A stretch of 64,000 nucleotides of DNA from Dehalococcoidia bacterium (GTDB lineage: Bacteria > Chloroflexota > Dehalococcoidia > UBA2979): positions 736,001 to 800,000 of the forward strand of contig CAXXDN010000002.1 of NCBI GenBank assembly GCA_963667465.2. The letters are read 5' to 3'. The notes below the pieces were generated by a model. The model saw only the letters and a list, made by a program, of their open reading frames with translations. It had not been told where the DNA came from and did not search any database. How positions within the stretch are numbered: the first letter of the stretch is position 1; each line of letters opens with the position of its first letter. The translations under genes were made by a program, and so were the position numbers. Of the stretch, positions 27,271-39,100 are shown one piece after another.

Positions 27271-28584
27271 ATGAACTCGAACGCGGCTCGCAACACGCTC
27301 GTCGCGGTGCTCTCGGCCCTGATCGGCGTGCTGCTCCTCGCCGCCGGGTTCCTCGCCGCCGTCATCGTCCTCGACGATGCTGAGGAGGTCGCGGCCCCCG
27401 CGGCAGTCGCCGAGCTGACCGTCACGCCGGTGGCGGACCCGGCCGAGACGCCGGACTCAGCCGCCACTGGGGACGGCGTAACGATCCACGGCCGGATCTT
27501 CGAGGAGATTGTCGACATCCTCGAAGAGGACTTCGTCGAGCCGGAACGCATCGACCGCCAGTACCTGTTCGAGGGCGCGATCGGCGGCATCTTCACCGCC
27601 CTCAACGACCCCCACTCTACCTACATCGACCCGGGAACGTTCCAGGTCTCGCGAAGCGATTTTCGGGGCGCCTTCCAGGGCATCGGCGCGACCATCGCGC
27701 AGCAAGACGATTATGTCGTGATCGTCCGCCCGCTGCCCGGCACCCCGGCCGAGCGCGCCGGGATCCGCGCCGGCGACATCATCCTCGAGGTCGACGGCGA
27801 GTCAGCGGAGGGCTGGAATGTCCAGGAAGCGGTGCTGCGCATCCGCGGCCGCACCGGCACGACCGTCGAGCTGCTCGTCCGGCACAGCGACGGCAGCGAG
27901 GAACTGGTCCCGATTACCCGCGACGAGATCCTCGTGGCCTCGGTCGGCACGCTGCCCCCGGGCGGCGTGCTCAAGGACGGTGACGACAACGAGGTCACGG
28001 ACCTCGCCTACATCCGCATCAGCACATTCACCGCGCGTACGCCCACCGAGCTGCGGCAGGCGATCGAGGCTGCCGGAGACGTGAAGGGGCTGATCCTCGA
28101 CGTGCGCAGCAACCCGGGCGGCCTGCTCGTCGAGACCGCGCAAACCGCCGACCTGTTCCTCGACGGCGGCACCATCCTCGTGCAGGTCGATCGCGACGGG
28201 AACGAGCAGGTCTACGACGCGCAGCCGGGCATGTTCACGGACCTGCCGGTCGCGATCCTGCAGGACGAGTTCTCCGCCTCCGGCTCGGAGCTGCTCGCCG
28301 CCGCCCTGCAGGAGAACGACCGCGCGATCGTCGTCGGGACGAACTCCTTCGGCAAGGGCACCGTCAGCCACGCCCGCGACCTCAGTAACGGCGGCGCCGT
28401 CTACGTCTCGATCGCGCGCTGGCTGACCCCCGATCGCAACCTCATCGAGGGTCGCGGCGTTATTCCCGATATCGAGGTGGAACTGACCGTCGAGGACATC
28501 GAGGGGCGGCGCGACGTCGCGCTGTACCGGGCAATCGACGCACTGCGCGCGCAGGTCGAGGCGCAGAACTCAGCCAGCTCGTAG
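27271..28584 (+). CDS. ctpA: S41-family carboxy-terminal processing protease with PDZ domain
   Basis: N-terminal TM/signal, LNDPHSTY, FQGIG, LILDVRSNPGG, SASGSE, SFGKG, RWLTP. AAGGAG RBS; TG-G-TAGACT at 27221-27229. Confidence 0.92.
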   Translation: MNSNAARNTLVAVLSALIGVLLLAAGFLAAVIVLDDAEEVAAPAAVAELTVTPVADPAETPDSAATGDGVTIHGRIFEEIVDILEEDFVEPERIDRQYLFEGAIGGIFTALNDPHSTYIDPGTFQVSRSDFRGAFQGIGATIAQQDDYVVIVRPLPGTPAERAGIRAGDIILEVDGESAEGWNVQEAVLRIRGRTGTTVELLVRHSDGSEELVPITRDEILVASVGTLPPGGVLKDGDDNEVTDLAYIRISTFTARTPTELRQAIEAAGDVKGLILDVRSNPGGLLVETAQTADLFLDGGTILVQVDRDGNEQVYDAQPGMFTDLPVAILQDEFSASGSELLAAALQENDRAIVVGTNSFGKGTVSHARDLSNGGAVYVSIARWLTPDRNLIEGRGVIPDIEVELTVEDIEGRRDVALYRAIDALRAQVEAQNSASS

Positions 28585-28662
28585 GTTATGTAACCTCAGC
28601 CTCGCCCCTCCCCGACCCGGCGTAACGCCCGCGGGGTGCGGCGACGCCGGGAGCGCAACGCC

Positions 28663-29151
28663 ATGGCGAAGCGATCACGCGGGCAACGGAAGGCTCGCGA
28701 CGGGGGCGCCGTCGCGACGAACCGCCGCGCCCGTTACGACTACGAGCTTACCCAGCACGTCGAGGCGGGCCTCGTGCTCACCGGCTCCGAGATCAAGTCG
28801 ATCCGCGCCGGGCAGGCGAACATCGCCGAGGGCTTCGGGCGCTTCCAGGAGGGCGAGTTGTGGCTCTACAATGTACATATCGCTCCATACGCGGCGGCCC
28901 GTGAGAACCACGAGGCAATGCGTCCGCGAAAGCTGCTGCTGCATCGCGGCGAGCTGAACCGGCTGGAGCGTGCGCTGCGCGAGCAGCCCGGCATGACCCT
29001 GGTTCCGCTGCGGCTCTATCTGGCCCGCGGGCTGGCCAAGGTCGAGATCGGGCTCGGTCGCGGCCGGCGCCGCTACGACAAGCGGCAGGCGATCGCGACG
29101 CGCGAGGCCGAGCGGACAATGCAGCGGGCGCTGCGCAGGGAAATGCGCTGA
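28663..29151 (+). CDS. smpB: SsrA-binding protein SmpB
   Basis: NRRARYDY, EAGLVLTGSEIKSIR, RKLLLH, LVPLRLY, YDKR. Immediately upstream of tmRNA. Confidence 0.98.
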   Translation: MAKRSRGQRKARDGGAVATNRRARYDYELTQHVEAGLVLTGSEIKSIRAGQANIAEGFGRFQEGELWLYNVHIAPYAAARENHEAMRPRKLLLHRGELNRLERALREQPGMTLVPLRLYLARGLAKVEIGLGRGRRRYDKRQAIATREAERTMQRALRREMR

Positions 29152-29202
29152 GCCCGTCGCAGCGGAGGCACGGCCGGACGCCGGGTGGTGCGACAGCAAC
29201 GT

Positions 29203-29557
29203 GGGGACGACAGGAATCGACAGGAGTCTACGGACACGGATTGCGGGCCGAGGCGCCACCACCCTCGTTAAACAGGTGGCAAAACGTAACTGGCGAACGA
29301 GAACTCGCCCTCGCCGCCTAACCAGGCGGTGACGTCGCCCCCGGGCTCAGCCCGGCAGACCGGGAGGCGGCGACGTAACGCCGGGCTGCACCCGCGAAGG
29401 CGCGCCACAGGTCTCGCGGCCAAGATCACTGGGGCTGGCCGGCCCACCCCTCGTCGGTGAAGGCAGGCCGGTGAGATCTTCTCGCCGACTACGCCCGTAG
29501 TAGATTCGTGACGGACGCTCACTGGACGGGGAGTTCGATTCTCCCCCGTCTCCACCA
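29203..29557 (+). ncRNA. ssrA: tmRNA; tag peptide (A)GERELALAA*
   Basis: 5' GGGGACG pairs with 3' CGTCTCC-ACCA including the G3:U pair; T-arm GGGAGTTCGATTCTCCC; tag ORF 29292-29321. Confidence 0.97.
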
Positions 29558-29595
29558 ACTCGATACTCTCGGGGTCTCGACCTTGTCGGGCCGAT

Positions 29596-29623
29596 GAGGA
29601 CCGCCGGTTGCCCGGCGGTCCTC
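29596..29623 (+). terminator. 12-bp hairpin downstream of tmRNA
   Basis: GAGGACCGCCGG-TTGC-CCGGCGGTCCTC; no clear U-tract. Confidence 0.5.
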
Positions 29624-29632
29624 TCGATCGCG

Positions 29633-30016
29633 GACACCGCGCGCGCTCAGGCGGTGAAGGTCGCGCTCGTGCCACCAAACGTCTCTCGTACGGTCGCAGC
29701 GGTGACGTTGCTCGTTGTGCGCACGCCGGACCCCGGCTCGGGCCTCGCACACCGTTTGTGGTACTACATCTCGTCGGAACGCGGCCGCGCCGCGATCGCC
29801 TCGATGCTGACCGCTACGTCCCTGCCAACACTGTCCGCGAAGGCTCTCGGCGAGGTGCAGGTACCGAAGCCCCGCCCAACGAGTTGAGTCGCCTGGCCGA
29901 GCTCATCGAGGGCTGCCGAGGAGTCACGTACAGCAGGCCTTGAAGCGGTGCGGGTGCGGCATGATGTGCTGCGGGATGCGATCATCGCCGAGATCCTGGC
30001 GAGAGGGGACGAGTAG
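29633..30016 (+). pseudogene. Type I restriction-modification specificity (HsdS-like) fragment
   Basis: TARAQAVKVALVP...LLVVR...LWYYISSERG...TSLPTLSAKALGEVQVPKP, then via two frameshifts ELSRLAELIE / AEESR...LRDAIIAEIL*. This matches a TRD plus conserved-helix pattern; the 5' half is absent. Confidence 0.55.
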
Positions 30017-30033
30017 CGATGCCGCTCACGCCT

Positions 30034-30166
30034 GCCGCTGTGTCTTGATCTTCTTGTGCTCGTACTCGACGCTGCCGATCGAACGGTGTTGCACGGGGCG
30101 CCTCCCTCCGGTCGCACCCCCATGATCGCATCAACTCATCCCTCTGGTGAGTTGTTCAGACCATCC
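30034..30166 (-). mobile_element. Truncated IS5-family element (one end plus ~20 transposase codons)
   Basis: Minus strand begins GGATGGTCTGAACAACTC (IS5-type end), then GGAGG RBS and GTG at 30094 giving MQHRSIGSVEYEHKKIKTQR. Confidence 0.6.
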
Positions 30167-30195
30167 CTGGGCTCCCGCGATGCGCCCACGTGCTG

Positions 30196-33100
30196 CTACT
30201 GCCCGTTCCCAGCCTGACTTGATTCCGTCACATCCATGATGGTGACCGTGTGCTCGGAGTACTCCTGGGAGATGACGACACCGCTCCGGGACGGGTTAGC
30301 GATGACGAAGATGAGGGTCTCGGGCCCTTCCGCGATCTCGTCGCTCAGCACCTCCACGGGGATGACCGCTGTCTGGCTTCCCGCCGGGATCATCACCGCA
30401 TGGGGTAGCGGGGCGTAGTCGACGCCTGGCGTCGCCGTACCGCGCACGAAGCAGTCCATCGTGACGTCCTGCTGGTGGGGCTTGGTGAGTCGCAACCGGA
30501 TCTGCGCACTCTCGCCCTCGTTGGCCTGCGAACGCGTGGGGATCAACAGGACTGTCGCCAGATCGTCGTCGGTGAGCGTGAGGGTTGTGGATGGCCCTGG
30601 CGTCGCGTTCCCGGAGACCACGCTCAGCGATATGGTCACCACCGCATCCGGCTCAACGAGGTTGTTGTCCACGGGGAAGAGCTTGATGTACTGCTGCGTC
30701 TGACCGGGCGCGAAGATCAGTTGCTGATCGTATCGCCATTCCCCGGGCTCGCCTGCCAGGGACCACACATCGCCGGTGCGCCCGATCTCTGCCGTCGCCG
30801 AGACCATCGTGAAGGTGAGCTCCACCGTTTCGCTCGGGGCGCTGCTCAGGCGCACAGCGATCTCGACGGGCGAACCGTCCTCGTTCAGGGTGTACGAGGC
30901 ACTGCCGAAGCTGGCGACCGTCAGGCGCCTTCGCACCCGCGTCTGCCCGCTGTCGTCGTCGGTGATGGTCACCGTCGCATCGGAGACGGTGAGGCCGGTG
31001 GCGGCGCCGTGCAGGGTGAGCGTCTCCGCTCGCTCCTCCAGCGCGTCGTCCGTCGGCTCGAGCGTGAACGTCGCCTGCCCACTGCCCTGCCCCGCCGTGA
31101 TGGGCACGGTCACCGTGGAGGCAGCCGTGTAATCGGTGCCTGCGACCGCCGTATCACCCGACGTGCCGACGGTGACCGTCACCGAGGCATCCGTAGTGAG
31201 GGTTCCGGGCCCGACGAAGGCTGCGGTGAGGGTGAGCGTCGTGAGGCCCGCGTTCTCCGCCACGCGCGACGGGCTGACGCTCAGCGTCACGGCGGTGGGA
31301 GTGGAATCGTCGTCGGTGATGGTCACCGTCGCATCGGAGACGGTGAGGCCGGTGGCGGCGCCGTGCAGCGTGAGCGTCTCCGGACCCTCTGCCAGCGTGT
31401 CGTCTGTCGGCTCGATCGTGAACGTCGCCTGACCGCTGCGCTGCCCCGCCGTGATGGGCACGGTCACCGGGCCGGAAGCCCAGTAGTCGGTGCCTGAGAC
31501 GGCGGTGTCACCCGACTGGCCGACGGTGACCGTCACCGAGGCATCCGTAGTGAGGGTTCCGGGCCCGACGAAGGCTGCGGTGAGGGTGAGCGTCGTGAGG
31601 CCCGCGTCCTCCGCCACGCGCGACGGGCTGACGCTCAGCGTCACGGCGGTGGGAGTGGAATCGTCGTCGGTGATGGTCACCGTCGCATCGGAGACGGTGA
31701 GGCTGGTGGCGGCGCCGTGCAGCGTGAGCGTCTCCGGACCCTCTGCCAGCGTGTCGTCCGTCGGCTCGATCGTGAATGTCGCCTGACCGCTGCGCTGCCC
31801 CGCCGTGATGGGCACGGTCACCGGGCCGGAAGCCCAGTAGTCGGTGCCTGAGACGGCGGTGTCACCCGACTGGCCGACGGTGACCGTCACCGAGGCATCC
31901 GTAGTGAGGGTTCCGGGCCCGACGAAGGCTGCGGTGAGGGTGAGCGTCGTGAGGCCCGCGTTCTCCGCCACGCGCGACGGCCTGACGCTCAGCGTCACGG
32001 CGGTGGGAGTGGAATCGTCGTCGGTGATGGTCACCGTCGCATCGGAGACGGTGAGGCCGGTGGCGGCGCCGTGCAGCGTGAGCGTCTCCGGGCCCTCCGG
32101 CAGCGCGTCATTCGCGGGCGTCAGCGTGAAGGTTGCCTGACCGCTGCGCTGCCCCGCCGTGATGGGCACGGTCACCGGGCCGGCAGCCGTGTAATCGGTG
32201 CCTGAGACGGCAGTGTCACCCGACTGACCGACGGTGACCGTCACCGCGGCATCCGTGGCGAGGGTTCCGGGCCCGACGAAGGCCGCGGTGAGGGTGAGCG
32301 TCGTGGCGCCCGCGTTCTCCGCCACGCTCTCCGGGCTGACGCTCAGCATCACGGCGGTGGGAGGGCTGACCTCGCTCGTGTCGCGGATCAGGAGGGTGTG
32401 CTGCCCCGCGGACCGGTCGATGGTGACGTGCTGCCCCACGACGTTCGCCAGGCTGACCAGGAGGGTCTCGGTCCCTTCTGGTATCCCGTCGGCGACGGTC
32501 GGGATCGCGACCTCGGCAGTCTGGCCTCCTGCCGGGATGGTGAGGGTCGCGGGCAGGGCTGTGAAGTCCTCGCCTGCCCGAGCTGTTCCGCTGACGGCGA
32601 GGTCAACGGTCACGTCATCCTGGTGGGGCTTCTGCATGCGCAGGCGGAACAGGCTCTGCTCGCCCTCTTCCACCTCGGCGTACGTCGGCCGCAGGTACAG
32701 GACGCTGCGGTCATCATCGGTCAGGGTCACCACGGTGGGAGAGCCTGCCCGCACCCGCCCGCTCACCACAAGCAGCGATATGACGACCTCTTCGTCCGGC
32801 TCCACGACGTTGTTGTCGACGGGGAGGATGCGGATCAGTCGCCTCGTGTCGCCAGCTGCGAAGGTCAGTTCTCCCGTGCTGATCCACCCGTCCGGACCGT
32901 CAGACCGGGTGATGATGTCGCCGTCCATGCCGACCACCGAGTTGGGAGCGTGCAGCAGGTACCGCACCTCTGCCGTCGTCGCGAGGGCTGAGCTCAGGCG
33001 GACCCCGATGTCCAGCTGTCCGTCCTCGTTGAGGCTGTAGGCCGCGCGCTCGAAGGTGACGGTTGAGTCCGGCGGTCCTGTCAGGTCGTCATCGCCGATG

Positions 33101-36100
33101 GTCAGGTCTTCCGGATCCGGATCCTGGACCTGCGTGGTGCCCGTCACGGTCGCCGAGACCTCCACTGTCTTGCCCGGGCCGACCTCGTCGTCGTCGACGG
33201 CTGTGATGGTGACGAAGCCCCTGCTCTCGAGGGCTCCCGCCTTGACGGTCAACACCCGGTTCGTGCTGATCCTGAAGTCCGACGCAGTCGCGTTCGTTGA
33301 CGGAGCCACAGCGACGGTGAACGTGACGTCGGCGGTCACAGGCTCACTCAACCGGGCCGTGACGAAAGTCGCGCCCCTGTCCCCACCGCCCTCGGAGATG
33401 GTGGCGGGGCTCAGCACCAGCGACGACGGCACACCCGGCTGCCCGTCGTTGTCCTGAATGGTCCCGGATGCCTGCTGCGCAGGCGGCGGACTCTGGCGAG
33501 GGAGCCGCGATCGCACCCGCGGCGAGGAAGTGCTCAGGGTCACGGTAATGGTTTCGTCTCCTTCGACCACCGTGTCGCCGAGGATCGGAATGACGATGTT
33601 CCCTTGCTGGCTCCCGGCGGGAATGGTGATCGACAGCGGATCCGGAGCGGTGTAGTCGCTGCCCGCGGTTGCTGTCCCACCCAGCGTGTAGGAGACAGTG
33701 ACGCTCTTCCCGCTCACGTTGCTCAATCTGACCACAAAAGTCATGTCCGCGATCTCCTGGGGGCTATCCCCCTCCATCACGGCTATCGCATCGGCCACGG
33801 AGGCCGTCGGCGCGGCGTCGTCATCGTTGATGGTGACTTCGGCATCGGCGATCGTCAGGCCGCTCGCCGTGGCGTGCACCGTCAGCTTCTCGTCGTCCTC
33901 GTCGAGGGTGTCCTGCCTCGGCGCCAGGCTGAAGGTCCCCTGCCCGCTGCTCTGGCCCGCCGTGATCGTGATGTTGAAGCCGCTGACGCCGGTGTAGTCC
34001 GTGCCTGACTCCGCCGCGTCGCCGTCCTTGCCGACCTTCACCGTCACTGTCGTGTCGGCATCGAACGTCGTCGTGCCGCCGAGGGTCGCCGTGACCGTCA
34101 CCGTCGTCGCGCCGGCGCCCTCGGCCACGCTCGAGGGGCTCACCGACAGCGAGGCCGTCGTCGGGGCCGTGTCGTCATCGGTGATGGTGCCGGTGGCCGT
34201 CGACGAGGAGCCGAGCGTGGTGTTCGTCGGCGAGGCGAGCGTGACCGTGAAGGTCTCGTCGCTCTCGGCGATGGTGTCCTCTGTCGTCTGCACCTCGATG
34301 GTGCCGGTCCTGGAGCCGGCGGCGATGGTCAGCGTCTGGGCCGTCGTCTGGGCGGTGTAGTCCGTGTCCGCCGTCGCCTGGTTCGCGCCGTCCGCGCCGT
34401 CGTCGCCGGTCGTCCACTGCACGGTGACCTCGCGGCCTGAAACCGCGCCCAGCGTGACGGTGAACTCCGCCTTCCCGCCTTCCGCCACCGAGGCGTCAGC
34501 GATGGTCAGCTCGGGCAGCGCATCGTCGTCGGTGATCGTGACCTCGGCGTCGGCGATCGTCAGGCCGCTCGCCGTGGCGTGCACCGTCAGCTTCTCGTCG
34601 TCCTCGTCGAGGGTGTCCTGCTTCGGCGCCAGGCTGAAGGTCTGCTGACCGCTGGACTCGCCCGCTGTGATCGTGATGTTGAAGCCGCTGACGCCCGTGT
34701 AGTCCGTGTCCGAGACGGCGGTATCGCCGTCCTTGCCAACCTTCACCGCCACCGTCGTGTCGGCATCGAACGTGACGGAGCCCGCGAGGGTTGCCGTGAC
34801 CGTCACCGTCGTCGCGCCGGCGCCCTCGGCCACGCTCGAGGGGCTCACCGACAGCGAGGCCGTCGTCGGGGCGTCGTCGTCATCGGTAATCGTCAGCGTC
34901 ACCGCCTGCGGGTTCGCCACTCCGCCGCCCGAGGCTGCGCCGGATACCGTCACCGTCGCGTTGGGGGCGTCAACGTCGTTGTCCACCGCCGTCAGCGTCA
35001 CCGCGCCCGTGCTGGTCTTTGCGCCCGCCGCGATCGTCAGCGTCTTGTTGGTGGTGAGCGTCACCGGCGAGCCGTTCGGTACCGATACCTCGACCGTCAC
35101 CTGCTCACTCGACGCCACGGACAGCGTCGCCGTCACCGTGCTCGCGTTGTCGTCGCCGCTCTCGTCGATCGTCGCTGGGCCCAGCACCAGGCTCACGGTC
35201 GGCGTGCCCTCGTCGTCGGTGATGGTCAGCGTCACGTCCGATGGGTCCGCCACTCCGCCGCCCGAGGCTGCGCCCGACACCAACACCGTCGCGTTGGGGG
35301 CGTCGACGTCGTTGTCGACCGCCGTCAGCGTCACCGTGCCCGCGCTGGTCTTTGCGCCCGCCGCGATCGTCAGCGTCTTGTTGGCGCTGAGCGTCACCGG
35401 CGACTGAGCCGGGACCGACACCTCGAGCGTCACCTGCTCACTCGACGCCACGGACAGCGTCGCCGTCACCGTGCTCGCGTTGCCATTGCCGTTCTCATTG
35501 ATCGTCGTCGGACTCAGCGACAACGTCACAGTCGGCGTCGCCTCGTCATCGGTGATGGTGCCGGTGGCGGTCGACGTGCCGAGCGTGGCGTTCGTCGGCG
35601 AGGCGAGCGTGACCGCGAACGTCTCGGCGTCCTCGGCGATGCTGTCCTCTGTCGTCTGCACCTCGATCGTGCCGGTGGCGGAGCCGGCGGCGATGGTCAG
35701 CGTCTGGGCCGTCGTCTGGGCGGTGTAGTCCGTGTCCGCCGTCGCCTGGTTCGCGCCCTCCGCGCCGTCGTCCCCGGTCGTCCATTGCACGGTGACATCG
35801 CGGCCCGAGACCGCGCCCAGCGAGACGGTGAACTGCGCCTTCCCACCCTCCGCCACCGAGGCGTCGGCGATGCTGACCGTCGGCAGCGCGTCGTCGTCGG
35901 TGATGCTGACCTCGGCGTCGGCGATCGTCAGGCCCGTCGCGGTGGCGTGCACCGTCAGCTTCTCGTCGTCCTCGTCGAGGGTGTCCTGCTTCGGCGCCAG
36001 GCTGAAGGTCCCCTGCCCGCTCTTCTGGCCGGCCGTGATTGTCAGTGTCACATCGGACACTGCCGTGTAGTCCGTGCCCGACTCGGCCGCGTCGCCGTCC

Positions 36101-39100
36101 TTGCCGACCTTCACCGTCACTGTCGTGTCGGCATCGAACGTCGTCGTGCCGCCGAGGGTCGCCGTGACCGTCACCGTCGTCGCGGTGTCCTCTTCGCCCA
36201 CGCTCGACGGGCTCACCGACAGCGAGGCCGTCGTCGGGGCCGTGTCGTCGTCGGTGATGGTCAGCGTCACCGGCGACGGGTCGGAGACTCCGCCGCCCGA
36301 GGCTGCGCCCGACACCGACACCGTCGCGTTGGGGGCGTCGACATCGTTGTCGACCGCCGTCAGCGTCACCGTCCCCGTGCTGGTCGTCGCCTCAGCCGCG
36401 ATCGTCAGCGTCTTGTTGGCGCTGAGTGTCACCGGCGCGCCGTTCGGCACCGCTACCTCGATCGTGACGGCCCTGTCCGACTTGCCCGACAGCGTCGCCG
36501 TCACCGTGCTCGCGTTGTCGTCGCCGCTCTCATCGATCGTCGTCGGACTCAGCGACAGGGTCACGGTCGGCGTGCCCTCGTCGTCGGTGATGGTCAGCGT
36601 CACGTCCGATGGGTCCGCCACTCCGCCGCCCGAGGCTGCGCCGGACACCGACACCGTCGCGTTGGGGGCGTCGACGTCGTTGTCCACCGCCGTCAGCGTC
36701 ACCGTGCCCGTGCTGGTCTTTGCGCCCGCCGCGATCGTCAGCGTCTTGTTGGCGCTGAGCGTCACCGGCGAGCCGTCCGGCGCCGATACCTCGACCGTCA
36801 CCTGCTCACTCGACTCGCCCGACAACGTCGCCGTCACCGTGCTCGCGTTGTCGTCGCCGCTCTCGTCGATCGTTGAGGGAGTCAGCACCAGGGTCGCGGT
36901 CGGCGTGCCCTCGTCGTCGGTGATCGTCAGCGTCACGTCCGATGGGTTGGAGACGCCGCCGCCTGAGGCTGTGCCCGACACCGACACCGTCGCGTTGGGG
37001 GCGTCGACGTCGTTGTCGACCGCCGTCAGCGTCACCGTCCCCGCGCTGGTCGTTGTGCCCGCCGCGATCGTCAGCGTCTTGTTGGTGCTGAGCGTCACCG
37101 GCGAGCCGTTCGGCACCGACACCTCGATCGTGACGGCCCTGTCCGACTTGCCCGACAGCGTCGCCGTGACCGTGCTCGCGTTGCCATTGCCGCTCTCATT
37201 GATCGTCGCTGAGCTCAGCGCCAGGGTCGCGACCGGCGTGGCCTCGTCGTCGGTCACCGTCACCGCCACGCTGCCCACCGACTCGCCGTCGTAGTCGTTG
37301 CCACTCGAGCTCACCGTGTGCGTGATGCTCGTCTTGCGCTGGTCGCCCGTGTTGTCCAGGTCGTCGTCGACCGCCGTCACCGTCACCAGCTGCGCGTCCC
37401 ACTCAGACGGCGTGAACGTCAGCGTCTCCGCGCTCACCGTCGCCACTGTCGTGTCCGCGCTCGCAACCGTGATCGTCACCGTGCCCGTCGGCTTCGACGC
37501 CAACGACACCTCGTAGGTCGCCACGTCCTCCGCCACGTCCGCCGTCGCGTCCTTGTCCACCTCGTGGACCGTCAGCCCGCCGGCCGGCACCGCCACGCCC
37601 GCCGGGTTCGTCAGCGTCACGCCGCGCTCGTCGTCGTCGCTGATCGTGCCGCTCGCCGTCTTCGTCGTGCCGAGCGTTGCATTGGCGGGGCTCGTCAGCG
37701 TGACCGTGACGGTCTCGTTCGGCTCGTCCAGTTCGTCGCCCAGGACGGGGATGCTGATGGAGCCGGCCTCGTCGCCCGCATCGATAGTGATGGTCTTCGT
37801 CTCGGGGTCCGTGTAGTCCTCGTCCGCCGTGGCCGTGCCGCCGAGGGTGTAGTCGACACTGACGTCCCGCCCGCTGGCCGCCGACAGCGTGACCGCGAAC
37901 GTCATGTTCGTCGCCGTGCCCGGGTCGTCGCCCTCCGGCACTGCCGTCGCGTCCGCGATGGTGACCGTCGGCAGCGCGTCGTCGTCGGTGATCGTGACCT
38001 CGGCGTCGGAGATGGTCAGGTCGGTCGCCGTCGCGTGCACCGTCAGCTTCTCGTCGTCCTCGTCGAGGGTGTCCTGCTTCGGCGTCAGGCTGAAGGTCTG
38101 CTCACCGCTCTTCTGGCCCGCCGAGATCGTCAGCGTCACATCGGACACTGCCGTGTAGTCCGTGTCCGAGACGGCGGTATCGCCGTCCTTGCCGACCTTC
38201 ACCGCCACCGTCGTGTCGGTGGCGAAGGTGATGGCCTTCGTGATGGTGGTCTCTGTCGGCGGGTCGACCGTTGTGTCCCGTACGACCTCCGTGATCGCAT
38301 CGAGGGTCGCCGTGACCGTCACCGTCGTGGCGCCGGCGCCCTCCGCCACGCTCGAGGGGCTCACCGACAGCGAGGCCGTCGTCGGGGCCGTGTCGTCGTC
38401 GGTGATGGTGCCGGTGGCGGTCTTCGGCGTGCCGAGCGTCGCGTTCGTCGGCGAGGCGAGCGTGACCGCGAACGTCTCGGCGTCCTCGGCGATGCTGTCC
38501 TCGGTCGTCTGCACCTCGATGGTGCCGGTCCTGGAGCCGGCGGCGATGGTCAGCGTCTGGGCCGTCGTCTGGGCGGTGTAGTCCGTGTCCGCCGTCGCCT
38601 GCTTCGCGCCCTCCGCGCCGTCGTCGCCGGTCGTCCACTGCACCGTCACATCGCGGCCCGAAACCGCGCCCAGCGTGACGGTGAACTCCGCCTTCCCGCC
38701 TTCCGCCACCGAAGCGTCGGCGATCGTCAGCTCGGGCAACGCGTCGTCGTCGGTGATCGTGACCTCGGCGACGGCGATGGTCAGGTCCGTCGCCGTCGCG
38801 TGCACCGTCAGCTTCTCGTCGGCCTCGTCGAGGGTGTCCTGCAGCGGCGCCAGGCTGAAGGTCCCCTGCCCGCTGCTCTGGCCGGCCGTGATTGTCAGCG
38901 TCACATCGGACACTGCCGTGTAGTCCGTGTCCGAGACGGCGGTATCGCCGGCCTTGCCAACCTTCACCGTCACCGTCGTGTCGGCATTGAACGTGACGGA
39001 GCCAGCGAGGGTCGCCGTGACCGTCACCGTCGTCGCGCCGGCGCCCTCGGCCACACTTGTCGGGTTCACCGACAGCGAGGCCGTCGTCGGGGCCGTGTCG

